Source: an uncultured delta proteobacterium (GTDB lineage Bacteria > Myxococcota_A > UBA9160 > SMWR01). From it: DNA of 64,000 bases. Both the position numbers and the translations under genes were made by a program. Below, piece after piece: positions 37,996 to 47,198 of this stretch; positions within the stretch are counted from its first letter, which is position 1, and each line of letters opens with the position of its first letter. The notes under the pieces are model-generated. The model saw only the letters and a list, made by a program, of their open reading frames with translations, ran no database searches and was not told the origin of the DNA. The stretch spans positions 83,855-147,854 of the forward strand of contig CAWHTE010000001.1 in NCBI GenBank assembly GCA_963832165.1. Direction: 5' to 3'.

Positions 37996-38852
37996 CGCCC
38001 CGATGCGCCGCCGCCGCCGAAGCCCCCGCCGCCTCCCGAGAATCCGCCACCACCGCCGAATCCGCCTCCACCGAATCCGCCGCCCGACCACCCTCCACTC
38101 GCCCAACCTCCTCCCTGTCCGCGCACTCCGGGGCGGCTGAACAGGATGAAGAGGAAGGTGAATACCGCGAGCGCAGTCGCTGCCGTGGCGGTTCCGATGA
38201 TCCACCACGCGAGCGCACCCGCGAGCCCGCCCGCGGCCGTCGCGCCGACCAGGCGATTGAGCGCGAGACGCAACAAACCGCCGACGGCGAGCGGCACCAG
38301 CAGCAGGAGCCAGATCGCGTTCTGCGACGGAATCCGACCCACTTCTCGCACGCGAGTCGGCGGTGGCAGCGGCAGCGGCTCACCCTCGATCACGCCGATG
38401 ATGCGCTCGACTCCTTCGGAGATGCCGCGGTAGAAGTCGCCCGCGCGGAAGGCGGGCACGATCACGTCGTCGATGATCCGCTTCGATACCGCATCGGGCA
38501 GCGTGCCCTCGAGCCCGTAGCCTATCTCTAGCCGTAGCTTGCGGTCGTCCTTCGCGACGATCAGGATCACGCCGTCGTCGATGCTTCCGCCGCGGCCGAT
38601 CTTCCACGCGTCGGCGACGCGGATACCGTACTGCTCGATCGTCTCGGGCTGCGTGGTCGGCACGATCAGCACGACCACCTGGCTGCCCTTCGCGCGCTCG
38701 AACGCCTCGAGGCGCGCCTCGAGCGCAGCGTGCTCGCCCGCGTCGAGCGTGCCGGTGAGGTCGGTGACGCGCGCCGAGAGCGCGGGTACGGGGACTTCGG
38801 CGGCTGCGACTCCGGCCCACAGCAACGCGAGAGCCAGCGCGCGTGCGAGCAC
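37989..38852 (-). CDS. TPM-domain membrane protein (YgcG-like) with Gly-rich C-terminal tail
   Basis: A signal peptide is followed by VTDLTGTLD...VVVLIVPT...GVILIVAKDDRKLRLEIGYGLEG and TM helices. The tail is GGGFGGGGFGGGGGFSGGGGGFGGGGASGRW. Confidence 0.8.
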   Translation of the reverse strand: MLARALALALLWAGVAAAEVPVPALSARVTDLTGTLDAGEHAALEARLEAFERAKGSQVVVLIVPTTQPETIEQYGIRVADAWKIGRGGSIDDGVILIVAKDDRKLRLEIGYGLEGTLPDAVSKRIIDDVIVPAFRAGDFYRGISEGVERIIGVIEGEPLPLPPPTRVREVGRIPSQNAIWLLLLVPLAVGGLLRLALNRLVGATAAGGLAGALAWWIIGTATAATALAVFTFLFILFSRPGVRGQGGGWASGGWSGGGFGGGGFGGGGGFSGGGGGFGGGGASGRW

Positions 38853-38858
38853 GAGCGA

Positions 38859-39488
38859 CTACTGCGGCGGCGCGGGCGCGGGGGCAGGCGCAGGTGCTTC
38901 GTTGCCGAAATCCACCGTGGGCGGCTTCGCGATCGCCTTCTCGTCTTCGACCGTGAAGCTCGGCTTGGTCTGGAAGCCGAACATCATCGCCGTGAGATTG
39001 CTCGGGAACGAGCGCACCATGACGTTGAACTCGCGCACGGCCTCGATGTAGCGGTTGCGCGCCACGGTGATGCGGTTCTCGGTGCCCTCGAGCTGGGCCT
39101 GGAGGTCGCGGAAGCCCTGATCGGCCTTCAGCTGCGGGTAGTTCTCCGCCACCACGAGCAGGCGCGACAGCGCCGAGGTCATCTCGTTCTGCGCGGCCTG
39201 GAACTTCGCGAACGCCTCCGGATCGTCGATCATCTGCGGAGTCACCTGCATGCTTCCCACGCGCGCGCGCGCTTCGGTCACTTGCGTGAGCACGTCCTTC
39301 TCGTGTGCGGCATAACCCTTCACGGTGTTCACGAGGTTGGGCACGAGGTCGTTGCGGCGCTGGTACTGGTTCAGCACCTCGGCCCACGTGGCCTTCACGC
39401 CCTCATCGAGCGTCTGCAGGCGGTTGTAGCCGCAGCCGCCGAGCAGCACCGTGATCGAGATCAGGATCGCGAGCGAGATCCGTTGCAT
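38859..39488 (-). CDS. lemA: LemA family protein
   Basis: The 209-aa protein has a lipobox-like LLGGCGYN followed by the LemA pattern NLVNTVKGYAAHEKDVLTQVTEARA...AENYPQLKADQGFRDLQAQLEGTENRI. Confidence 0.9.
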   Translation of the reverse strand: MQRISLAILISITVLLGGCGYNRLQTLDEGVKATWAEVLNQYQRRNDLVPNLVNTVKGYAAHEKDVLTQVTEARARVGSMQVTPQMIDDPEAFAKFQAAQNEMTSALSRLLVVAENYPQLKADQGFRDLQAQLEGTENRITVARNRYIEAVREFNVMVRSFPSNLTAMMFGFQTKPSFTVEDEKAIAKPPTVDFGNEAPAPAPAPAPPQ

Positions 39489-39499
39489 CGGGTCCTCCG

Positions 39500-40283
39500 T
39501 CACATTCCGTAGATCATGCGGCCACCGTCGACCGTGATCAGGTCGCCCGTGTGATAGCGCGCGGCGTCGCTGATCAGGTAGACCACGATCCCCGCGATCT
39601 CGTCGGGCTCGGCCATCCGGCCGAGCGGGATCCGCGTGATCGCCGCCTGGCCGAGCGGGTGCGCGTCGTCGAACGGCACCATCTCGGTCTTCGTGAGCCC
39701 CGCGCACACCATGTTCGCGCGGATCTGGTGCGGACCGAGCTCGAGCGCAAAGGTGCGGATCAGACCCGCCACCGCGCTCTTCGCGGCCGCGTAGTGGCCG
39801 ATCCCGGGCACGCCGGCGAAGTTGGTCAGGCTGCCCGTCGCGACGAGCGAGCCCGCCGCGATCGCCGGCCTTCACCCGCGCCACCATGTGCCGCGCGCCC
39901 TCGCGCAGCGTGATGAACGCGCCGTGCTGCGCCACGCGCAGGAGCGCGTCGTACTTCTCGAGCGTCATGTCGACGAGGGGCGAGATCGTGGCGGAGCCCG
40001 CGTTCGCGATCACGCCGTCGAGCCGCCCCATCGCCTCGAGCGCGCGCGCGAAGCCGCGCTGCTGCGCGGCCTCGTCGGAGACGTCGACCGCGTCGGTCAG
40101 CACGCGCACGCCGTGCTTGCGCAGCCGCTCCGCAGCTTCGGCGTTGCGGTCCTCGCGCCGGCCCCAGATCACCACGTCGCCGCCCGCGAGTGCAATCGCT
40201 TCGGCGAAGCCGAAGCCCAGACCCGAGTTCGCTCCGGTGATCAGCGTGACCTTGCCGGAGAGGTCGAAGGGGTGGGAGGGCAT
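39500..40283 (-). pseudogene. SDR-family oxidoreductase; extra base in CCC run 39852-39854 as assembled
   Basis: MPSHPFDLSGKVTLITGANSGLGFG lies in the frame of ORF 38859..40352. The catalytic YAAAKSA and the C-terminal part lie in ORF 39500..39811. Removing one base gives DRGGSLVATGSLTNFAG. Confidence 0.8.
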
Positions 40284-40335
40284 CGCCGCGCCACCGTAGC
40301 TCAAGCCCGGTTCGCCGCGAGTCGATCCATCGGCC

Positions 40336-40560
40336 ATGGAATCGAGACGCAAGAACGAGTGTCCGCGCTGTGGTTTCGTCTACACCGCGTTCAACAGGCC
40401 CCGGCCCGCGAACAGCACCTTCGGAGAGCGGTTCGCCCGAAGCCTGCGCGATCAGGGGCGACACGGGCTCGGAGCGTTCGGGAGAGTTCGTTATGTCGCG
40501 GCCGAACACACGCGGCCGTTCCAGTGCCGCTGCGGCACGTGGTTGCAAGCGGCTCCGTGA
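40336..40560 (+). CDS. Small zinc-ribbon protein; an in-frame TGA separates it from a downstream membrane-helix ORF
   Basis: CPRCG...CRCG forms a four-Cys ribbon. ORF 40573..40920 is in the same frame after TGA 40558-40560 and encodes hydrophobic helices (IAVLAVLHGYL, FAVPIGLWIGY). Third-position GC is lower than in the neighbours. The region would otherwise be a 450-nt gap. Confidence 0.35.
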   Translation: MESRRKNECPRCGFVYTAFNRPRPANSTFGERFARSLRDQGRHGLGAFGRVRYVAAEHTRPFQCRCGTWLQAAP

Positions 40561-40735
40561 TCGTTCGGATGGGTGGACGTTGCGGGGATCGCCGTGCTTG
40601 CGGTGCTGCATGGGTACCTGGCGGAACAGTTCCCGTGGCTGCACAACGCCTATGCGTTCGCGGTCCCGATCGGCCTCTGGATCGGCTACCGCCTCACGCG
40701 GCAAGTCGCAGTCGCGGAAGTTGCCACTCCGGCGC

Positions 40736-41758
40736 TCAGTTCACCCGCAGCCGGCTCGCGGTCCGGCGCGCCGACCAGTGGCTCTCGCGGTTGGCGAAGT
40801 AGGGCGGCCGGCTCGCGAGCACCGACGTCTCCAGCCACAGCCTCTTCAGGTGCCGCACCCGGCCTGACGACCGGTCGTCTTCGTAGGCCGTGCGCCCGTG
40901 CATCACGTGGTAGTTGTTGATGAACTGGATGTCGCCGGGGAGCAGGTCCATCAAGACGTGGTTCACCGGGTCGTCGGCCATGCGGACGACCTCGACGAGC
41001 GCCTCTCGTTGGAGCTCGGAGAGCCGGGGAGCGTCCGGATGTCGCTGCGACGCAACGATGTAGGGCGGGATGCAGCGCACGAACAGGCGCTCGTCCCATT
41101 CCGTGAAGACCGGCAGCGAGTAGTAGGGTGAGCCGCCGGGCGGCTGCTCCCCGCGGTAGTCGTACGGGAACTCCGTGTACAGCGCGGCCGCGAGGTCTGG
41201 CCGCGAACGCACGAGCTGGTTGTGGATCGTCACCGAGTTGGCGACCGCCGAGAGTCCGCCCGCCCGGCCGTTCTCGAGGCACATGAGCCCGACGAGATCC
41301 GACCCATCGCAGTGGAACGGCAGCGCCGCCCCGCCGATCTCGTTGCCCCGCGCGGTCGGATCGTTCAGGGCCTTCTGCTGATCGGTGACGTCGCCGAGCA
41401 CGTGACCGTGCTTGTTCTGCGCCCAGGGCGAACCGAGGTGCATGCCGATGCCCCAGTAGATGAGCTCCATCTCGGTTTGTGTGTAGGCCTCGCGATCGAC
41501 GCCGCGCAGTCGGACGAAGCCGCGCCCGTCGATCAGCTCGCGCTCGATGCGCGCCAACCGGGCCGCGAGCTTCGGAAGCGGGAAGTCGTCGCGTCCGAGC
41601 ACCAACACGTCCTCGGACTTCTCCATCGCGTGACGCAGTGCGCTGTCGAGCTCCGCCAGCTCGGCGTCGTCGAAGCGTTCGGTCCAGACGTCCTCGTCGG
41701 CGACGTCTCCGGCCGTCCACTCGCACCGGGGCTCGAGAATCCGGAGTTCGCGCATCAT
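40736..41758 (-). CDS. TauD/TfdA-family Fe(II)/2-oxoglutarate-dependent dioxygenase
   Basis: The start is ATG 41758 (MMRELRIL). The facial triad is HxD in PFHCDGSD plus His in NNYHVMHGR. The protein is 340 aa. Confidence 0.85.
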   Translation of the reverse strand: MMRELRILEPRCEWTAGDVADEDVWTERFDDAELAELDSALRHAMEKSEDVLVLGRDDFPLPKLAARLARIERELIDGRGFVRLRGVDREAYTQTEMELIYWGIGMHLGSPWAQNKHGHVLGDVTDQQKALNDPTARGNEIGGAALPFHCDGSDLVGLMCLENGRAGGLSAVANSVTIHNQLVRSRPDLAAALYTEFPYDYRGEQPPGGSPYYSLPVFTEWDERLFVRCIPPYIVASQRHPDAPRLSELQREALVEVVRMADDPVNHVLMDLLPGDIQFINNYHVMHGRTAYEDDRSSGRVRHLKRLWLETSVLASRPPYFANRESHWSARRTASRLRVN

Positions 41759-41821
41759 GTGTCTCCTGGGGCGGTCGGCGGCGGTACCACGGGAGTTCAC
41801 GGTACTGTAGGACCGAGCCGC

Positions 41822-43054
41822 ATGGCGAAGCCTCCCTACCGCGTCCGTCCCGAGACCGCGATCCTCACGCGGGGCTTCGACCCGTCGCTCTCGGTCGGCG
41901 CAGCGCGCCCTCCGGTCTACCGCACGTCGACGTTCGTGTTCTCGAGCCCCGAGGCCGCCGAGCGCGCGTTCGCGATCGCGCTCGGCAAGCTCTCGCCGAC
42001 CGAGAACGAGGACGTCGATCTGATCTACGCGCGCCTCTCCCACCCGAACGCCGAGATCCTCGAAGATCAGCTCGTGCCGCTCGAGCGCGCCGCGAAATGC
42101 TCCGCGGTATTCAACTCGGGGATGGCGGCAATCGCCACGTGCTGCTTCGCGTTCGTGCCGCGCGGGGCTGCGATCCTTCACACACAGCCGCTCTACGGCG
42201 GTACGCAGCACCTGATCCACCAGGTGCTCGAGCCGCTCGGCTTCACGGTGGTCGGCGTGCCGGCCGGCGATCGCGAGGCGCTCGCTCGCGCGGCCGCGAG
42301 GCTGCCCGAGCTCAAGCTCGTCTTCGTCGAGACGCCGGCCAATCCGACGCTGTGCATGACCGACATCGCGCACGCGGTCGACGTCGCGCGCGCGCACCCG
42401 GCGAAGCCGCTCGTGGCCGTCGACAACACCTTCCTCGGGCCGACGTTCCAACACCCGCTCGACATCGGCGCCGATCTCGCGATCTACTCGGCGACCAAGT
42501 TCCTCGGCGGGCAGAGCGACATTCTCGGCGGCGTCGTGCTCGCGAACGACGAGACGCTCGTGCAGGTGCTCCGCGGTGTCCGCGCGCTGTTCGGCAACAT
42601 CCTCCAGGCGGACGAGGCCTGGATCCTCGATTCGCGTCTCGCGACCGTCACGCTGCGGATGAACCGCCAGAGCAAGAATGCCCAGCGGATCGCGGAGCGA
42701 CTCGCCGCGCACCCGCGCGTGCGGCGCGTGTACTATCCCTCGCTGTTCGACGATCCCGAGCAGCAGCGGATCCGCGACGCGCAGTGCGATTTTCCGGGCT
42801 CGGTGTTCTCGATCGAGGTCGAGGGCGGCAAGCGCGGTGCGTTCGAGTTCCTGCGCCGGCTCAAGATCGCGCGCAACGCCGTGAGCCTGGGCGGCATCGA
42901 GTCGCTCGCGTGTCACCCGAAGACGACGACGCACAGCGAGCTCTCCGACGAGGAGCTCGCGACGTCCGGCATCACGGACGGGCTCGTGCGCATCTCGATC
43001 GGCACCGAGCACTGGAAGGATCTGATCGAGGATTTCGAGAGGTCGCTCTCGTAG
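41822..43054 (+). CDS. PLP-dependent Cys/Met-metabolism enzyme (cystathionine gamma-synthase / methionine gamma-lyase family)
   Basis: The start is ATG 41822. The PLP lysine motif is YSATKFLGGQSD. The N-terminal part TRGFDPSLSVGAARPPVYRTSTFVF is also typical of the family. Confidence 0.85.
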   Translation: MAKPPYRVRPETAILTRGFDPSLSVGAARPPVYRTSTFVFSSPEAAERAFAIALGKLSPTENEDVDLIYARLSHPNAEILEDQLVPLERAAKCSAVFNSGMAAIATCCFAFVPRGAAILHTQPLYGGTQHLIHQVLEPLGFTVVGVPAGDREALARAAARLPELKLVFVETPANPTLCMTDIAHAVDVARAHPAKPLVAVDNTFLGPTFQHPLDIGADLAIYSATKFLGGQSDILGGVVLANDETLVQVLRGVRALFGNILQADEAWILDSRLATVTLRMNRQSKNAQRIAERLAAHPRVRRVYYPSLFDDPEQQRIRDAQCDFPGSVFSIEVEGGKRGAFEFLRRLKIARNAVSLGGIESLACHPKTTTHSELSDEELATSGITDGLVRISIGTEHWKDLIEDFERSLS

Positions 43055-43066
43055 CGCGCAGGCGCC

Positions 43067-43444
43067 TCAGCCGCGCTGGATCACGAGCACCTCGAAGCGC
43101 CCGCTCGGGCCGATCGTCCACGACACCGCGGCGCTCACGAGGCTCACGACCAGCGAGCCCAGGAGCGCCGCGCCGAAGCCCGAGAGCATGAAGCCGTCGA
43201 GCAGCGCGGCCACGAGCGCGAGCATCGCCGCGTTGACCACGAGGATGAACAGACCGAGCGAAAGGATCGTGAACGGCAGCGTGAGCAGCAGGGCGAGCGG
43301 TCGTACCACCGCGTTCACGAGGCCGAGCAGCAGCGCGGCCACCACGATCGTCACGGTCCCCGTGATCGCCATGCCCGGCACGATCACGCTCGCGACCCAG
43401 AGCGCGAACGCACTGATCGCCATGCGCAACAGAAAACCGGGCAT
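43067..43444 (-). CDS. Phage-holin-4_2/DUF360-like small membrane protein
   Basis: The protein is 125 aa with four hydrophobic helices. GLVNAVVRPLALLLTLPFTILSLGLF is typical of the family. Confidence 0.7.
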   Translation of the reverse strand: MPGFLLRMAISAFALWVASVIVPGMAITGTVTIVVAALLLGLVNAVVRPLALLLTLPFTILSLGLFILVVNAAMLALVAALLDGFMLSGFGAALLGSLVVSLVSAAVSWTIGPSGRFEVLVIQRG

Positions 43445-43461
43445 GACGTGAGCCTAGTGGT

Positions 43462-43830
43462 TCAGTGCCGGGCGTGCCGGGCGACCTTTTCGGAATCATC
43501 TCCCGGTCCGAAATAGCTCCAGGGGTATTCCGGCTCGAGGATCGGCTCGAAGTTGGCGGGAGCCGCGATCGGCGCCGTGAGCAGCTCGTAGACGCCGATC
43601 GGCGGTCGCAGGATCGCCATGCCGAGGCCCTTGGCGAAGCCCGCGGTCCAGCCCGCGGGCGCTCCCTCGCGGCGGGTCGTCTCCATGATGTTGCCGGGGA
43701 TCTCCAGGAACGGCGTCGTCATGGCCGCGAGTCCGCGACCGGCCTTCTCGAGCGGCGTGTCCGCGCTCGAAGCGATCGGCCAGCACAACATCGCCACGGC
43801 CACCAGAAGCAAGTTGTATCGAGTCCTCAT
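43462..43830 (-). CDS. Small secreted protein resembling the exosortase-system-associated TIGR04073 family
   Basis: A signal peptide is followed by KAGRGLAAMTTPFLEIPGNI...GFAKGLGMAILRPPIGVYELLTAPI...PEYPW. The family call is made from memory of the consensus. Confidence 0.55.
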   Translation of the reverse strand: MRTRYNLLLVAVAMLCWPIASSADTPLEKAGRGLAAMTTPFLEIPGNIMETTRREGAPAGWTAGFAKGLGMAILRPPIGVYELLTAPIAAPANFEPILEPEYPWSYFGPGDDSEKVARHARH

Positions 43831-43991
43831 GACTTCATACCTCCATCACCAACGCGGCATAGAAGCAGAACACGTGCCAACTTCTCTCGGTGCATCGCGG
43901 GTGTGCGCGTTCGCGTTTGCAAAGAGGAACCCGCGCCTTTCTACAATCGCGCAGCCAGCGCAGTAGAATCGCTGTGCGCGCGGAGGTCGCC

Positions 43992-44996
43992 ATGCTGCAG
44001 CTTCGCATCCACGGCCCGAACAAGGTCAGCCTCGACGACGTGCCGATGCCCGCGCTCGGGCCGCGCGACGCGCTGCTGCGCGTGAAGGCGTGCGGCATCT
44101 GCGGCAGCGATCTCGGCTACGTGAAGTACGGCGGGGTCGCGGGACCGCGGCCCGAGCCGACGCCGATCGGCCACGAGTTCTCCGCGGTGATCGAGCGCGT
44201 GGGCGGCGAGGTGAAGCGCTACCGCGCGGGCGCGCGCGTGGTGGTGAATCCGCTCGCGGGTTCCAACCTGATCGGAAACGGCGGCGAGCTCGGCGCTTTC
44301 GGGCCCGAGCTGATCGTGCGCGAGGTCGATGCGGGCGGCGTGCTGTTCCCGATTCCCGACGACCTGCCGTTCGACCGCGCGGCGCTCGCCGAGCCGCTCG
44401 GCGTGGGCATGCACGCGGTCGAGCGCGCGCAGCTCGTGCCGGGTGAGAAGGTGGCGATCTTCGGCGCGGGTCCGATCGGCCTGATGTCGCTCGCGGCGCT
44501 GCGCTGGCGCGGCTTCGAAGACGTCGCGATCGTCGATCTATCGGAGAAGCGCCTCGGCATCGCGCGCGAGCTGGGCGCGACGCTCGCGCTCAATGCAGGT
44601 GCGGGCGACGTGTGGGGCCCGTTGTGCGAGCTGCACGGCGTCGAGAAGTGGCTCGGCATGGTTCCGTGCGCGGGCACTCACGCCTACATCGAGGCGTCCG
44701 GTGCGCCGTCGGTGATCGGCGAGATCATCGCGAAGGCGCGCCCGCGCGCGCGCATCTCGGTGGTGGCGCTGCACCGCGAATCCCGGCCGGTCGATTTCCT
44801 GTCGCTGATGGCGAAGGAGATCACGCTCACGGGCTCGATGGCCTATCCCGACGACTACGCCGAGATGGTGCGCATCCTCACCGAGGTGGACCTCTCGCCC
44901 GCGATCACGCACCGCTTCCCGCTAGCGCGCTTCGAGGAGGCGTTCGATACCGCGCGCGACGCGAGCACCTCGGGCAAGGTGATCATCGAGCCGTAG
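43992..44996 (+). CDS. Zinc-dependent medium-chain alcohol dehydrogenase
   Basis: The start is ATG 43992. Zinc ligands lie in VKACGICGSD and GHEFSAV. The NAD fold motif is IFGAGPIGLM. Confidence 0.85.
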   Translation: MLQLRIHGPNKVSLDDVPMPALGPRDALLRVKACGICGSDLGYVKYGGVAGPRPEPTPIGHEFSAVIERVGGEVKRYRAGARVVVNPLAGSNLIGNGGELGAFGPELIVREVDAGGVLFPIPDDLPFDRAALAEPLGVGMHAVERAQLVPGEKVAIFGAGPIGLMSLAALRWRGFEDVAIVDLSEKRLGIARELGATLALNAGAGDVWGPLCELHGVEKWLGMVPCAGTHAYIEASGAPSVIGEIIAKARPRARISVVALHRESRPVDFLSLMAKEITLTGSMAYPDDYAEMVRILTEVDLSPAITHRFPLARFEEAFDTARDASTSGKVIIEP

Positions 44997-44997
44997 A

Positions 44998-46170
44998 TCA
45001 AGCGCCCGTGGATTGCTGCGCGGCGATGGACGCGTAGGCCGCCGAGACGAGCCGCTCCGAGCGCGGGTCGCCCGCGATGCCGAGCTGCATCTGGTTCATG
45101 ACGTAGCCGAACGCGAGGCCCGCGGCGGGATCCGCGAGGCCGAGCGAGCCGCCCGCGCCCGGGTGACCGAATGCGGTGTCGGGGGCGTCGAGGGACAGCA
45201 TCGGCGGCAGCGCGAAGCCCGATGCGAAGCGCGTGGGCATCAGGATCACGCGGTCGGGGCCTTCGACCTGTGGCGCCACCGCTGCGGCCAGGGTCTCGGG
45301 CGAGAGCAGCCGCACGCCGTCGACCTCACCGATCAGCGACGCGTAGAAGCGAGCGAGCCCGCGCGCGGTGCCGATGCCGTTCGACGACGGCATTTCCGCA
45401 GCGTGCAGCGCGCGCGTGTTCCAGATCGGTCCGTAGGGCAGCACGCCCGACGGGCCCTCGAGCGCGCGACCGAGCAGCGTGTCGGGTCCCATGAACTTGT
45501 CGCGCAGCGCGCGCTGCTCGGGATCGCCGGGCTCGGGCGCGGTGTAGTTCGTGGCGACGCGCGGCTCGATCGCCTCGGGCAATCCGATCCAGAGCTCGAG
45601 CCCGAGCGGGCGCGCGGCTTCCTGCGCGAGCAGCTGCCCGACGGTCTTGCCCGTCACGCGCCGCACCACCTCGCCGAGGATCCAGCCGAACGTGCGCGCG
45701 TGGTAGCCGTGTGCGGTGCGGGGCTCCCAGTTGGGCTTCTGCGCCGCGATCGCGGCGCACACGGGGTGCCACGCGAACACGTCGTCGAGCGTGAGCTGGC
45801 CGTCCACCGCAGCGATTCCCGCGCGATGCGTGAGCACGTCGCGCACCGTGATCGCGTGCTTGCCGTTCGCGGCGAACTCGGGCCAATAGCGCGCGACGGG
45901 TGCGTCGAGCTCGAGTCGACCCCGCTCTGCGAGCCGGTGGACGAGCGCCGCGGTCACGCCCTTCGTCGACGAGAACACGAGCGCAGCGGTGTCGCGCTGC
46001 CACGGCCGGCCCGACTCGCGATCGGCGAAGCCGCCCCACACGTCGACGACGCGCTCGCCATTCCAGTAGACGCAGCAGGCTGCGCCCACCTCGCTGTCGG
46101 CGAGGTTCTTCGCGAACGCCTCGCGCACCCACTCGAATCCGTCCGTCCAGGCGCCGTGTACCGTCGTCAT
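44998..46170 (-). CDS. Class C beta-lactamase-fold serine hydrolase / esterase
   Basis: The start is ATG 46170. The S-x-x-K motif is FSSTKGV. The protein is 390 aa. The N-terminal part of ORF 44998..46839 is shadow sequence. Confidence 0.85.
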   Translation of the reverse strand: MTTVHGAWTDGFEWVREAFAKNLADSEVGAACCVYWNGERVVDVWGGFADRESGRPWQRDTAALVFSSTKGVTAALVHRLAERGRLELDAPVARYWPEFAANGKHAITVRDVLTHRAGIAAVDGQLTLDDVFAWHPVCAAIAAQKPNWEPRTAHGYHARTFGWILGEVVRRVTGKTVGQLLAQEAARPLGLELWIGLPEAIEPRVATNYTAPEPGDPEQRALRDKFMGPDTLLGRALEGPSGVLPYGPIWNTRALHAAEMPSSNGIGTARGLARFYASLIGEVDGVRLLSPETLAAAVAPQVEGPDRVILMPTRFASGFALPPMLSLDAPDTAFGHPGAGGSLGLADPAAGLAFGYVMNQMQLGIAGDPRSERLVSAAYASIAAQQSTGA

Positions 46171-46190
46171 CGGGGGCCTCTGTAGCAGGT

Positions 46191-47069
46191 TCAGCGCCCG
46201 CGCCGCACCTCGAGCGCGACGCCGCACAGGATCGCCGTGGCGCCGATGAGCGCGAGCGCACCCGTGCGCTCGCCGAGCCCGAGCGTGCTCGCGGCGAGGC
46301 CCACGATCGGCTGCACGAAGATCATCACGCCCATCGTACCCGCGCGCGTGCGATGCAGCGCCCAGTTCCAGAGCCACGTGACGAGCGCGGTCGAGGTCGC
46401 AGCCAGCACGAACACCCAGAGCAGCGCGGGAACCGCACGCGCGGGATCGACGGACTCCGTGCTCGCGAGCAGCGCGAGCGGCGGCAGCGTGAGCGCGACC
46501 GCCGCGAGCGAGACGCGGCCCTCGTCGTGGCGCTCGAGCAGCGACTTGGCGCCGAGCGTGTAGATCGCCCACGCGAGATGGCCGGCCGCCATCAGCACAT
46601 CGCCGAGCGCGTCGCCGAGATCGGGGCGCAGCCCGTCCTGCAGCACGACGAGCCCCGCCCCGAGCGTGCCGAGCGCGACTGCGATCGCGCGCGTGCGCGG
46701 CAGGCCCTCGGAGAGCAGGAGCGCGCTGCCGAGCACGATGCCGATCGGTTCGAGCGGCGTGAGCAGCGCGTAGGCGACCGCGGTGGAGCGCTCGGCGCCC
46801 GTCGCGAGCAGGACCTGCGGCAGCGCGAAGCCGCCCCACGAGATCAGCAGCAGGAGTGCGATGTCGCGAGCCGTCCAGGGAGCGCGGCGGCGCGGCGCTG
46901 CGCTGCGCCCGACGTGCGCGAGCGCGAACAAGAACACGATGCCGATCGCCTGGCGCGAGAACACGAGCGTCCAGGGCGGAAGGCCCGCGAGCGCGAGCTT
47001 GGTCCAGATCGGGGTGAGCCCGCCGAGCACCTGGGCGGCGAGTGCGGCGGCGAGCACGAGCGGCGGCAT
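46191..47069 (-). CDS. DMT-superfamily (EamA-like) transporter
   Basis: The protein has about ten TM helices and a duplicated EamA-like organisation, and is 292 aa. Confidence 0.8.
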   Translation of the reverse strand: MPPLVLAAALAAQVLGGLTPIWTKLALAGLPPWTLVFSRQAIGIVFLFALAHVGRSAAPRRRAPWTARDIALLLLISWGGFALPQVLLATGAERSTAVAYALLTPLEPIGIVLGSALLLSEGLPRTRAIAVALGTLGAGLVVLQDGLRPDLGDALGDVLMAAGHLAWAIYTLGAKSLLERHDEGRVSLAAVALTLPPLALLASTESVDPARAVPALLWVFVLAATSTALVTWLWNWALHRTRAGTMGVMIFVQPIVGLAASTLGLGERTGALALIGATAILCGVALEVRRGR

Positions 47070-47082
47070 GGCGCGCGCACGC

Positions 47083-47198
47083 TAGCGCGCCCTTCTCGCC
47101 GGGCCTTCGCGCTCGCTAACCGCTCGCGCTCGGGCTCCGAGCCTTCGCTCGGCTACGCCTCGCTGCGCGTCGGCCGACTCCGTCGGCCTCCTTGCTGG
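47083..47198. repeat. Copy B of the short repeat family, with an embedded perfect hairpin
   Basis: The sequence GCGCGCCCTTC...GGCCTTCGCGCTCGC...GCCTTCGCTCGGCTACGCCTCGCTGCGCG is present. The core at 47146-47169 matches 33302-33325 at 22 of 24 positions. It is followed by GGCCGAC-TCC-GTCGGCC (47172-47188) and CTTGCTGG, as in copy A. Confidence 0.6.

Noticed and set aside
37989-38110. Highly repetitive GGN-rich DNA as a non-coding tandem repeat
   Set aside because: It is in frame with, and terminates, the YgcG-like TPM protein. Gly-rich C-terminal tails are a regular feature of that family.
40558-40560. TGA as selenocysteine or programmed readthrough joining the zinc-ribbon and membrane ORFs
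   Set aside because: I could see no SECIS-like stem-loop immediately downstream, and no selenoprotein context. The window has many simple sequence defects, so a nonsense change or two separate small ORFs is more economical.
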